This document shows positions 44,739-52,515 of a stretch of 64,000 bases of DNA, piece after piece (within the stretch, counting starts at the first letter, position 1; each line of letters begins with the position of its first letter). Under the pieces are notes generated by a model that saw only the letters and a list, made by a program, of their open reading frames with translations, had not been told where the DNA came from and searched no databases. A program made the position numbers and the translations under genes. This stretch comes from an uncultured Kiloniellales bacterium (GTDB lineage Bacteria; Actinomycetota; Acidimicrobiia; Spongiisociales; UBA5794): NCBI GenBank assembly GCA_964195155.1, contig CAXMOP010000015.1:10056-74055 (forward strand). Direction: 5' to 3'.

Positions 44739-46457
44739 TCAGCCGAAAGCCACGACCAGGACTGCGACCACGCCCAGCAGGATCGCGAAGCCCCCCAGGC
44801 CAATGATGAAGGACTTGGGGATGTCCTCGGTGCCGTTCTCCTCCAGAATGGAATCGAGCATCCCGAGTACGTCTCTGGCTCGCATACCGAGCGCGGAAGA
44901 GCCAAGGCCGAAGCTGGGCAGGCTGGGTCGCCACCCGGTGATGCCCTTGAGACGTGACGTCTTTGCCGTCACCACTAATTCCTCGCGGTCGGCAGCGTCG
45001 GAGGCCACGTCCGCAGGATCGCCGGCATCGGCGTCGCTGGCTCCGGCTTCTTCTGGTTGGTCGTCGTTGTACGACCAACCAGGCTCGTCCTCCGCCTGCT
45101 CACGATCGGCGTCGTCGTAGTACGACCAGCCGCGTTCGTCCTCGGCGGCAGGCTCGCCGGCACCGAACGCCGGCACTTCCGCCGCGGTCACGGCATCCTC
45201 CGTGAACAGGCCCGACCCATATCCACCGACTTTCGCGGCGTCGTCCGGTGCGGCGTCGTCCGCTGCGGCGTCGTCGGGTACGGAGCCCTCGCGGCCATCC
45301 TCGAGGTGAAACTCGCTCGCCTGATCCGCGGGTGCTTCACCAGCGGAGACTTCGGCAACAGCGACCGGCTCGCCCGGCATGGCTGCGGCCTCTTGCTCCT
45401 CGGCGTAGAAGCCGTCCCAGAAGTCCTTTGCTTGACCGGATCGGGGAGCCGCTGCGGGGGGCTGTGGGTCGGTACCTGGCGCGGCTTCGAGTGGGAAGGC
45501 CAACGCCGGGTCTATTGGCTGGGCACCAGGTGGGGTGGGTGCAGCCACGGGGCCGTCGCCACCGGCCGGCCCGGTGCTCTGCTCCAGCTGGATCTCCACC
45601 GCCGCCGCCGGCGCTGCTGCAATTGGTGCCACCGCGGCAGCGGCCTGGGGCGCAACCGACTCCACGGCCGGAGTCGGTGGCACGGTCGATGCCGCTACCG
45701 GTAGCGGTGCGGCCGTTGGAGGCGGCGCGGATGCAGCGGGCGCGGGGCTTGTCGGAGGAGCCGACGACACGGTTCCCGATACCACCCCGGGGGTCTCAGG
45801 CGTCGTCGCCGGGGAGGCAGCCGGCCCGGGTGGGATGGCCGCCACCGAGGGTGCGACGGCGGGCTGTGCGGCAACCGGTGCCGCGATCTCGGTGGGAGGG
45901 GTCGTTGGAGCGGGCTGTGGCGCGGCGGGTGGGGGCGTCGACGGAGAAGGCGAAGGCGCTGCCGGAGTCGGAGGCACGGCCGCGGCGGCCGGAGCAGCCG
46001 GGACCGCCGGTGGGGCAGCGGGTGGCTCAGGCGACGCCGGAACGGCCGCGATGGGAGCAGCGGGGACGGGTGCAGCCGGAACCGTCGGGGCGGCGGAAGG
46101 AGCGGTTGGCGGCATCGGGGCCGCGGCCAGTTCATCGACCGCGGTGGTCGCCGGGGCCGGCGCGGTGCCGGCGCCTGGCATACCGGAGAGAATGGCGAAC
46201 TCCAGTGGAGAATCAGGGTTGAACAACACGACCTCGCGCCCGAGAGTGAGGTGGAATGTTCCGTCCGCCTCGCGCCGGAGCTTCAGGTCGGTGCGATTCC
46301 AACGCCCGAGCTCGGTACCTCCGGCAGTAAGGACCAGGGTCTGCGCATCGAGCATGATCGTCGAGGGCAACCCGTTCTCGATTGACCCGGGGATCCTGAC
46401 CTCCCCGGTGAACGTCGTCGTCATCCCATCTCCATCTGGTGGGTCAACGTCCTCCAT
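44739..46457 (-). CDS. Pro/Ala-rich tail-anchored membrane protein, unknown function
   Basis: 572 aa. ~90-aa structured N-terminus, >200 aa P/A/T low complexity, acidic region, single C-terminal TM (IIGLGGFAILLGVVAVLVVAFG). Start may be ATG 46424. Confidence 0.6.
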   Translation of the reverse strand: MEDVDPPDGDGMTTTFTGEVRIPGSIENGLPSTIMLDAQTLVLTAGGTELGRWNRTDLKLRREADGTFHLTLGREVVLFNPDSPLEFAILSGMPGAGTAPAPATTAVDELAAAPMPPTAPSAAPTVPAAPVPAAPIAAVPASPEPPAAPPAVPAAPAAAAVPPTPAAPSPSPSTPPPAAPQPAPTTPPTEIAAPVAAQPAVAPSVAAIPPGPAASPATTPETPGVVSGTVSSAPPTSPAPAASAPPPTAAPLPVAASTVPPTPAVESVAPQAAAAVAPIAAAPAAAVEIQLEQSTGPAGGDGPVAAPTPPGAQPIDPALAFPLEAAPGTDPQPPAAAPRSGQAKDFWDGFYAEEQEAAAMPGEPVAVAEVSAGEAPADQASEFHLEDGREGSVPDDAAADDAAPDDAAKVGGYGSGLFTEDAVTAAEVPAFGAGEPAAEDERGWSYYDDADREQAEDEPGWSYNDDQPEEAGASDADAGDPADVASDAADREELVVTAKTSRLKGITGWRPSLPSFGLGSSALGMRARDVLGMLDSILEENGTEDIPKSFIIGLGGFAILLGVVAVLVVAFG

Positions 46458-46490
46458 CGGCAGGCTGGGCCCTCCACCTGAGCACGGGAA

Positions 46491-49400
46491 TTATCGAAAA
46501 TCACGAGAGCGGATTCCTTCCAGGGGCCATTCGGTAAAGCGTCGGGCCACCAGGTTGGTGACCCCGTCCTCATGCTCCAGAATCCCTTCTATGACAACCC
46601 CTACGGCCTTGCGAGCTACTTCGTAATGTGCCTCCCACACCTGGGGAAGAATCACGACGTTGAGCAGGCCGGTCTCGTCCTCCAGGTTGATAAAGCGAAC
46701 ACCCTTCGCGGTTGATGGACGCTGACGGTGGGTGATGATGCCACCGGCCTTGATCCTCGTGTTATGTCGGGGTGAGGACAACACGTCGGCGATGAGGACA
46801 CAACCCATGTCATCGAGCATCTCTCGAACAAAGACAACCGGGTGCGTCGTTGATATACCGGTCGACCACAGATCGGCCTGCATCTCCTCCGCCGGAGCGA
46901 TGTTGGGGAGCGGGGGGCGTGCCCCACCATGGTCGAGGGCGAGCCGGTCGGGTCCTTGCTCGGCGAGGGTGCCGGCACTCCAGACGCCCTGGCGGCGTCC
47001 CAAACCGATCGGGGCGAGCGCACCGGAGGCGGCCAACCCCTCATAGGCGTCGAGCGGCAGCCCGGTGCGTTGGGCGAGGTCCTCAGGGGTCGCAAAGGCG
47101 CCGGCGGTCATCCTCGCCGCCTCGATGCGGGTGATCTCGGCATCCCCCAGGTTGCGCACGTAGCGCAGCCCGATCCGAAGGGCAACGGCAGGGCGCAGTG
47201 GGTCGTCGACCGGGCCCCTCCCCCGCCGCCACAGCCCGTCCAAGTAAGCCGACGTGTCGTCCGGGTCGGCGTCGAACGGCTCCACGGTGCAGTCGAACGC
47301 GGAGGCGTTGACATCGGGGGGGAGGACGACCACGCCGTGGTGCTGAGCATCCTGGACCAGCGAGTTCGGCGAGTAGAAGCCCATCGGCTGAGCATTGAGC
47401 AGCCCACAGAAGAACTCCGCCGGCCAGTGGTACTTCAACCAGGAGGTCGCATAGACGATGTAGGCGAACGACACCGAATGCGACTCGGGGAAGCCGAATG
47501 AGGCAAAACCCTGGAGCTTCTCCCAGATCTCGTCGGCGGCGGCGCCGGTGACACCGTTGGCCTCCATACCGTCGTACACCTCGCTGCGCAGCCGATCCAT
47601 GGCCTCGGACGATCGCTTGTGGGTCATCGCCTGGCGCAGCCGGTCGGACTGCCCTGGGGTGAACCCGGCGCAGATGCGGGCCAGTTCCATCAGCTGCTCC
47701 TGGAACACCGGGATCCCCAGTGTCTTTTTCAGGATGGGTTCGGTCAATGGATGCGGATACCGGACCGGGTCCAGCCCGTTGCGGCGGCGCAGGAACGGGT
47801 GGACCGAGTGGCCCTGGATGGGTCCGGGCCGGATCAGCGCCACCTCGATGGCAAGGTCGTAGAAGGTCCTTGGCTTCATCTTCGGCAGGGTGGCCATCTG
47901 GGCACGCGACTCGACCTGGAACACGCCGACGGTGTCGGCGCGGGTCAACATGTCGTAGACGATGGGCTCCTGGGGAATCGTCGCCAGGTCGATGTCGATC
48001 CCGTGAACGTCGGCGATCGTGTCCACGGACATGTGCATGGCGTTGAGCGCACCGAGGGCGAGCAGGTCGAACTTGACGATGCCCATCGTCGCACAGTCGT
48101 CCTTGTCCCATTGCAGCACCGTGCGATCCTCCATGCGGCCCCACTCCAGCGGCACCACCTCCCACAGCGGTCGGCGGGCGACGACCATCCCGCCTGAGTG
48201 AATGCCGAGATGCCTGGGAAAGCCGTCGAGGCGCTGACAGACGTCGTAGATCAGCTCGGTGGTCAAACCGGCCGGCAGGTCGACGACCTCGGGAATCGCT
48301 TGCGGGCTGCGGGAATCGAGGTACTTGGTCAATCCATTGACCTGGGCCTGGGTCAGCCCGAATGCCTTGCCGACGTCCTGGAGCACCGAGCGGGCCCGGT
48401 AGGTGATCACGTTGGACACCATGGCGGCGCGCTCCCGCCCGTATCTCCGGTAGCAGTACTGGATGACCTCCTCGCGGCGCTCGGCCTCGAAGTCGATGTC
48501 GATGTCGGGGGGCCGGCCTCGTTCCTCTGAGAGGAAACGCTCGAATGGAAGGTGCAGGCGGATCGGATCGACCCGGGTCAGGCCCAGGCAGCGGCACACC
48601 GCAGAGTCCGCGCCGGAGCCGCGGACCTGGCAGTAGATGTCTCGGGAGCGGGCGTAGTTGACGATGTCCCACGCCACCAGGAAGAACCCGGAGAACCCGA
48701 GCTCGAAGATCACGCTCAACTCGTGCTCGAGACGAGCCTCGGCCTTGGGATCGATGCCGTTGCGGTCGCCCGGGTACACATCACCTGCACCCTCGAAGAC
48801 GAGATGGCGCAGATACTCGTTCTCGTCGTTGAAAGCGCCCGGCATCGGGAAGTCGGGAAGCTGGGGTGTGAGCAGGTCGAGGTCGAAGGCAAGCGCTTCC
48901 CCCAATTCGGCGGCGCGCTCGACCGCACCCGGATACCGGGCGAACCGCTCCGCCATCTCGTCCGCGCTGCGCAGATAGGCAAGGTCGCTTGCGGAGCGGA
49001 AACCATCGGCCACCTCGAGATCGCGCCGACCACCAACGGCGGCGAGAACGTCGCCGAGGACCGCGTCGCTGCGGTCGGCGTAGTGCACGTTGTTGGTCGC
49101 CACCGTTGGCAGACCGAGTCGGGCGGCGACCTCGGCGAGAAGGTCGTTTCGGGCGTCGTCGTCCGGAAGGCCGTGGTGGGTCAGCTCGATGAAGAGCCGG
49201 CCGGGGAAGACCTCACCGAGGCGCGATGCCGCCGCCATCGCCCCGGCGAGATCGCCGGCCTGTGCTGCCCGGGGCACCGCCCCCTTGCGGCAGCCGGTGA
49301 GGGCATAGAGGTTGCCCCGCCGCGACGCCTCGGCCAGGTCCTCGTAGCGGTACTCGGGAGCGTCCTTCTTGCCCCGGAACTGGCCGCTCGTGATAAAGCG

Positions 49401-49883
49401 ACTGATGGCGGTATATCCGACGGGGTCGGGGGCGAGCAAAACGAGATGATCGGTGGGTGGCAGGTCGATGGGCTTGGTCCCATGCATCCGCCGGATCCGC
49501 CCCCGGCGGGACCGCGCTTCGTCCCCCCCGCCGCCAGGCGGGGGGGACGCGGGTTTGCTCGGCAAACCCGCAGGGGGGGCTTCCTTGTCCCCGCCAGGCG
49601 GGGGGGACGCGGGTTTGCTCGGCAAACCCGCAGGGGGGGCTTCCTCGCGACTCGCGACTCGCGACTCGCGACTCATCCCCACCTCCGTCCCGTACACGAT
49701 GGGCATGGCGAAGATCTGCGCCGCCTGATGCACCTTGACCACACCGCGGAACCCGTCATGATCGGTGACGCCGAATGCGGTGTAACCGAGCTCGGCAGCA
49801 CGCTCGACGAGGCGGATCGGGTGAGATGCCCCATCGAGGAAGCTGAAGTTGGTATGGGCGTGGAGCTCCGCGTACCGTGCCAC
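46491..49883 (-). CDS. dnaE2: error-prone DNA polymerase DnaE2 (pol III alpha family, ImuC)
   Basis: GTG start. PHP N-terminus YAELHAHTNFSFLDGAS, PDIDIDF, GIHSGG, ends ...SRDFR like mycobacterial DnaE2 (recalled). LexA box 14 nt upstream. Carries an in-frame repeat insertion. Confidence 0.9.
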   Translation of the reverse strand: MARYAELHAHTNFSFLDGASHPIRLVERAAELGYTAFGVTDHDGFRGVVKVHQAAQIFAMPIVYGTEVGMSRESRVASREEAPPAGLPSKPASPPPGGDKEAPPAGLPSKPASPPPGGGGDEARSRRGRIRRMHGTKPIDLPPTDHLVLLAPDPVGYTAISRFITSGQFRGKKDAPEYRYEDLAEASRRGNLYALTGCRKGAVPRAAQAGDLAGAMAAASRLGEVFPGRLFIELTHHGLPDDDARNDLLAEVAARLGLPTVATNNVHYADRSDAVLGDVLAAVGGRRDLEVADGFRSASDLAYLRSADEMAERFARYPGAVERAAELGEALAFDLDLLTPQLPDFPMPGAFNDENEYLRHLVFEGAGDVYPGDRNGIDPKAEARLEHELSVIFELGFSGFFLVAWDIVNYARSRDIYCQVRGSGADSAVCRCLGLTRVDPIRLHLPFERFLSEERGRPPDIDIDFEAERREEVIQYCYRRYGRERAAMVSNVITYRARSVLQDVGKAFGLTQAQVNGLTKYLDSRSPQAIPEVVDLPAGLTTELIYDVCQRLDGFPRHLGIHSGGMVVARRPLWEVVPLEWGRMEDRTVLQWDKDDCATMGIVKFDLLALGALNAMHMSVDTIADVHGIDIDLATIPQEPIVYDMLTRADTVGVFQVESRAQMATLPKMKPRTFYDLAIEVALIRPGPIQGHSVHPFLRRRNGLDPVRYPHPLTEPILKKTLGIPVFQEQLMELARICAGFTPGQSDRLRQAMTHKRSSEAMDRLRSEVYDGMEANGVTGAAADEIWEKLQGFASFGFPESHSVSFAYIVYATSWLKYHWPAEFFCGLLNAQPMGFYSPNSLVQDAQHHGVVVLPPDVNASAFDCTVEPFDADPDDTSAYLDGLWRRGRGPVDDPLRPAVALRIGLRYVRNLGDAEITRIEAARMTAGAFATPEDLAQRTGLPLDAYEGLAASGALAPIGLGRRQGVWSAGTLAEQGPDRLALDHGGARPPLPNIAPAEEMQADLWSTGISTTHPVVFVREMLDDMGCVLIADVLSSPRHNTRIKAGGIITHRQRPSTAKGVRFINLEDETGLLNVVILPQVWEAHYEVARKAVGVVIEGILEHEDGVTNLVARRFTEWPLEGIRSRDFR
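49531..49673 (-). repeat. repeat module inside dnaE2: two 60-bp direct repeats (55 nt identical) plus (CGCGACT)x4
   Basis: 49531..49585 equals 49591..49645. Each unit contains the hairpin GCGGGTTTG-CTCGG-CAAACCCGC. Heptamers at 49646..49673. Translated as SRESRVASRE-(EAPPAGLPSKPASPPPGGxx)x2. Confidence 0.9.
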
Positions 49884-49896
49884 TCGACCACGCTAA

Positions 49897-49912
49897 TCGA
49901 ACATATGTTCGA
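49897..49912. promoter_or_regulatory. LexA (SOS) box TCGAACATATGTTCGA
   Basis: Perfect palindrome matching the actinobacterial consensus TCGAAC-N4-GTTCGA. Abuts a TAGCGT -10-like hexamer 6 nt from the dnaE2 GTG. Confidence 0.85.
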
Positions 49913-49942
49913 TCGCCAGTGCAAGTACGCTCCGGGGCCGCG

Positions 49943-50161
49943 ATGCTCTACGACGAAGACCCAGATGAGCCCGGCCCGGAAGAGATCGCGCGCCTTCAGC
50001 GCAGAACCTTCGTCCGTCGGATGATCGTCATCGTCGTGGTGATCGCCATGATTGCGACACTGCTGGTTCCGATCATCGTTCGCGTGGTGAGAGCCCCATC
50101 CGAACCCGATGGCATCCTGGCGGTTCAAACACTGATCGCGTCGCGTAGGATAAAACTATGA
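49943..50161 (+). CDS. small single-pass membrane protein (72 aa)
   Basis: MLYDEDPDEPGPEEIARLQRRTFVRRMIVIVVVIAMIATLLVPIIVRVV... ATGA overlap with the ACT gene. Divergent from dnaE2 across the LexA box. Confidence 0.55.
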   Translation: MLYDEDPDEPGPEEIARLQRRTFVRRMIVIVVVIAMIATLLVPIIVRVVRAPSEPDGILAVQTLIASRRIKL

Positions 50162-50535
50162 AGGAATTCTCGGTCACCCTCGCCAACAAGCCGGGACAGC
50201 TCGCCACCCTCGCCGGCCAGCTCGCCGACGCCGGAGTCCACATCGAGTCGCTGGCGGCAATCGGCGCCAACGGAGAGACCCTGGTGCGCTTCATGCCCGA
50301 CGACGCCGACGCCGCACGACGAATCCTGACCGGGGCGGGCGTCGTGTTCGAAGAGCGGCCGATCCTCGACACGTTCCTTCCCGACGAGCCCGGAGCGCTT
50401 GCCGCGGTCGCCAAGCGCCTCGCAGACGCCGGGGTCAACATCGACTCGATCTACCTACTCCACTCCAATGCCGAGGGGCTGCATTTCGCGGTCACAGTCG
50501 ACGACCCCGAACTGGCCCAAGCGGAGCTGGACTGA
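50158..50535 (+). CDS. ACT domain-containing protein (tandem ACT)
   Basis: 125 aa. Two copies of the KPGQLATLAGQLADAGVHIES / EPGALAAVAKRLADAGVNIDS ACT pattern. Confidence 0.75.
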   Translation: MKEFSVTLANKPGQLATLAGQLADAGVHIESLAAIGANGETLVRFMPDDADAARRILTGAGVVFEERPILDTFLPDEPGALAAVAKRLADAGVNIDSIYLLHSNAEGLHFAVTVDDPELAQAELD

Positions 50536-50620
50536 AGCAGTCGTCAGTCCTCAGCCTTCAGTCCTCAGCCAGAAGCGCCACGAGCTACCTGCCAACTGAA
50601 GACTGTTGACTGACGACTTC
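50534..50620. repeat. long imperfect hairpin built from inverted heptamer-periodic arrays (NNCAGTC ... GACTGNN)
   Basis: Left arm GAAGCAGTCGTCAGTCCTCAGCCTTCAGT versus reverse complement of right arm GAAGTCGTCAGTCAACAGTCTTCAGT. Fills the gap between two convergent stop codons. Confidence 0.75.
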
Positions 50621-50621
50621 C

Positions 50622-51596
50622 TCAAACCATATCGACGGCGCTGATCGCCCATGCCACTTCGTCCTTCGGGTCCTCGACCGCCAGGTAGAGCGACCAGCCC
50701 CCCACCTGATCCCCGGGATCCCATAGATACCAGTTGAGCTCATCGAACTCGCTGAGTGCATCGGGATCCTCCGGCAGCTCGTCATAGCCAAGAAGCTGGG
50801 CGACGGCCCACCACGCCAGCGCCCTCGCTCGGGGCGTTCCCCGCCGGCTCGCGTAGGCGCCGCCACTCGACGCAGCCCACACCATGGCCACCATTGCCTC
50901 CTGCGGAGAGACTTCGGCGATCCGCGCCCGATGCAGCCCCATGGTGCGAATTGCCGAACGGGCGTCGCCGGATACGTGCACTGCGTCGGCGTGGCCGCTG
51001 CTCTCGTCCCACCACGGCTTCACCAGCTCGAGGAGTGCGTCGACGCCGGTGTCCTCGGCAAGCTGGTCCCCCGCCCTCCCGAGGTCCTCCCACGCCAGAG
51101 GCGTTCGCTCTCCCTCGGGAAAGTCGACACCATCGGAGCGATACACGGCCACCGGATAGGACGGCTCCCACCGGCGCGGCGTCGGTTCGATCTCGAGGAT
51201 CCTGCCGTCGATCTGGCCGGCATCGACCTCATCGCCGCGGATCGCCCGCTCGTGCGCCACCATTGCCCGTACCGTCGGGGTTTCCAGAAGCGGTGACAGC
51301 TCCTCCCAGGTGTGGGTCGACGCCGCCACCTCCCAAAGCGGTCCGGGCCCGTATCTGCCCTTTCCGTCGCCGATCACTGCCGCCGCCCGATCGGCAGGAG
51401 CGTCGAGGGCAAGACGGTATTCGGCGTACTCGGCCGGCCCCCACACCTGCTTACCGCGTTCAACCGCCTCACGGCACCGATCGCGGGTCTCCTCAATCCC
51501 ATCCCAGTCGCGGCTGGTTGCCAACCCGTCGATGAAGCGCACCAGCCCGTCGAGATCGCTCGACTCGATCAGCGTGCTCAGTGTCTCCTCGTTCAT
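50622..51596 (-). CDS. hypothetical protein
   Basis: 324 aa, protein-like composition. 4-nt overlap with the upstream phosphotransferase gene. Confidence 0.6.
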   Translation of the reverse strand: MNEETLSTLIESSDLDGLVRFIDGLATSRDWDGIEETRDRCREAVERGKQVWGPAEYAEYRLALDAPADRAAAVIGDGKGRYGPGPLWEVAASTHTWEELSPLLETPTVRAMVAHERAIRGDEVDAGQIDGRILEIEPTPRRWEPSYPVAVYRSDGVDFPEGERTPLAWEDLGRAGDQLAEDTGVDALLELVKPWWDESSGHADAVHVSGDARSAIRTMGLHRARIAEVSPQEAMVAMVWAASSGGAYASRRGTPRARALAWWAVAQLLGYDELPEDPDALSEFDELNWYLWDPGDQVGGWSLYLAVEDPKDEVAWAISAVDMV

Positions 51597-52483
51597 TGCG
51601 GCGAACCGTAGGAGGCCCGAACCGCATCACTGAGGATGCGATCGAAACGAGCCCGGGTCTCAGCAGCGGGACGCCCGTCCCAGGTCCAAACCTCCACCGC
51701 CGGTAATCCGAGCCAATACGGGAGAAAGTCGATCGCGTCGACGACGTCCCACGCCGGGTGCCAGGCTCCGCCTTCCCCGAGCTCCAAATATTCGTCAAGC
51801 ACCGCCTCGGCCTCATCGAGACCATGATCCATAGCCAGATTCACCCGAAGGTGGGCAAGGTCGATCGCCAGCGGGCCAATGCAGCCGGACAGCCAGTCGA
51901 GCACGCCGGTGAGCTCCCCCTCGAGCCACAGCAGGTTCCCACCGCGGTAATCGCGGTGGATGAAGCCGGTGGCCGTGGCGGGCGGCGACGTCGCGATCGC
52001 AAAGGCCTCGTTCCAGATGCCCGGATCGCCCGCCCAGCTCGGCGCTGCGAGCTCGAAGCCTTCGTTGTAGCGCTCATAGGGCCATGTGATGCCCCCAGGG
52101 TCCACCCGGTGGATATCGGCAATGTTCTGCGCCATTGCGCCAACCCAGCCATCCGGGAGCTCGGTCGTTCCCTCGACCCAGGTCATGAGCACTGTGGGAA
52201 TCCCCGCCGCTTCACCCACACCGTCGACGGCGACGAGTCGCGGCGCCGGGACCGGAGTTGGTTCCAGCAGATCGAGCATCGCCGCTTCGTGATCGGCACG
52301 GTCCGGTCGCTCATCGAGGAAGTCCTGCTGATCGAACACCTTGGCAACGAGAATGCGACCGTTGGCGAGATCGAGCCGATGGACCGAAGCCGTGGTCGCA
52401 CCGTCGAGCTTGGTCGCCGAGAGAACGGGAGACCCAGTCTGCGCCTCAATCCAGGCGCACGTCTGTGTCGTAAGCTCGGACAT
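51593..52483 (-). CDS. aminoglycoside/choline-kinase-type phosphotransferase family protein
   Basis: From MSELTTQ. FIHRDYRGGNLLW (HxDxxxxN) and VLDWLSGCIGPLAIDLA (DxxD) catalytic motifs. Confidence 0.8.
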   Translation of the reverse strand: MSELTTQTCAWIEAQTGSPVLSATKLDGATTASVHRLDLANGRILVAKVFDQQDFLDERPDRADHEAAMLDLLEPTPVPAPRLVAVDGVGEAAGIPTVLMTWVEGTTELPDGWVGAMAQNIADIHRVDPGGITWPYERYNEGFELAAPSWAGDPGIWNEAFAIATSPPATATGFIHRDYRGGNLLWLEGELTGVLDWLSGCIGPLAIDLAHLRVNLAMDHGLDEAEAVLDEYLELGEGGAWHPAWDVVDAIDFLPYWLGLPAVEVWTWDGRPAAETRARFDRILSDAVRASYGSPQ

Positions 52484-52515
52484 CTGCGCGGTCACACTAC
52501 GCGCCGAATCAGTGC

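Noticed and set aside
45057-46626. Several long plus-strand ORFs (215-363 aa)
   Set aside because: They are antisense or alternative frames of the Pro/Ala-rich gene. Low-complexity GC-rich repeats keep all frames open.
49531-49645. Possible CRISPR-like direct repeats
   Set aside because: There are only two contiguous 60-bp units with no spacers. They lie inside a continuous dnaE2 reading frame and no cas genes are present.
47083-50024. 529-aa (minus, alternative frame) and 490-aa (plus) ORFs overlapping dnaE2
   Set aside because: The dnaE2 frame carries all polymerase motifs end to end. The overlapping ORFs are Arg/Pro/Gly-rich shadow frames.
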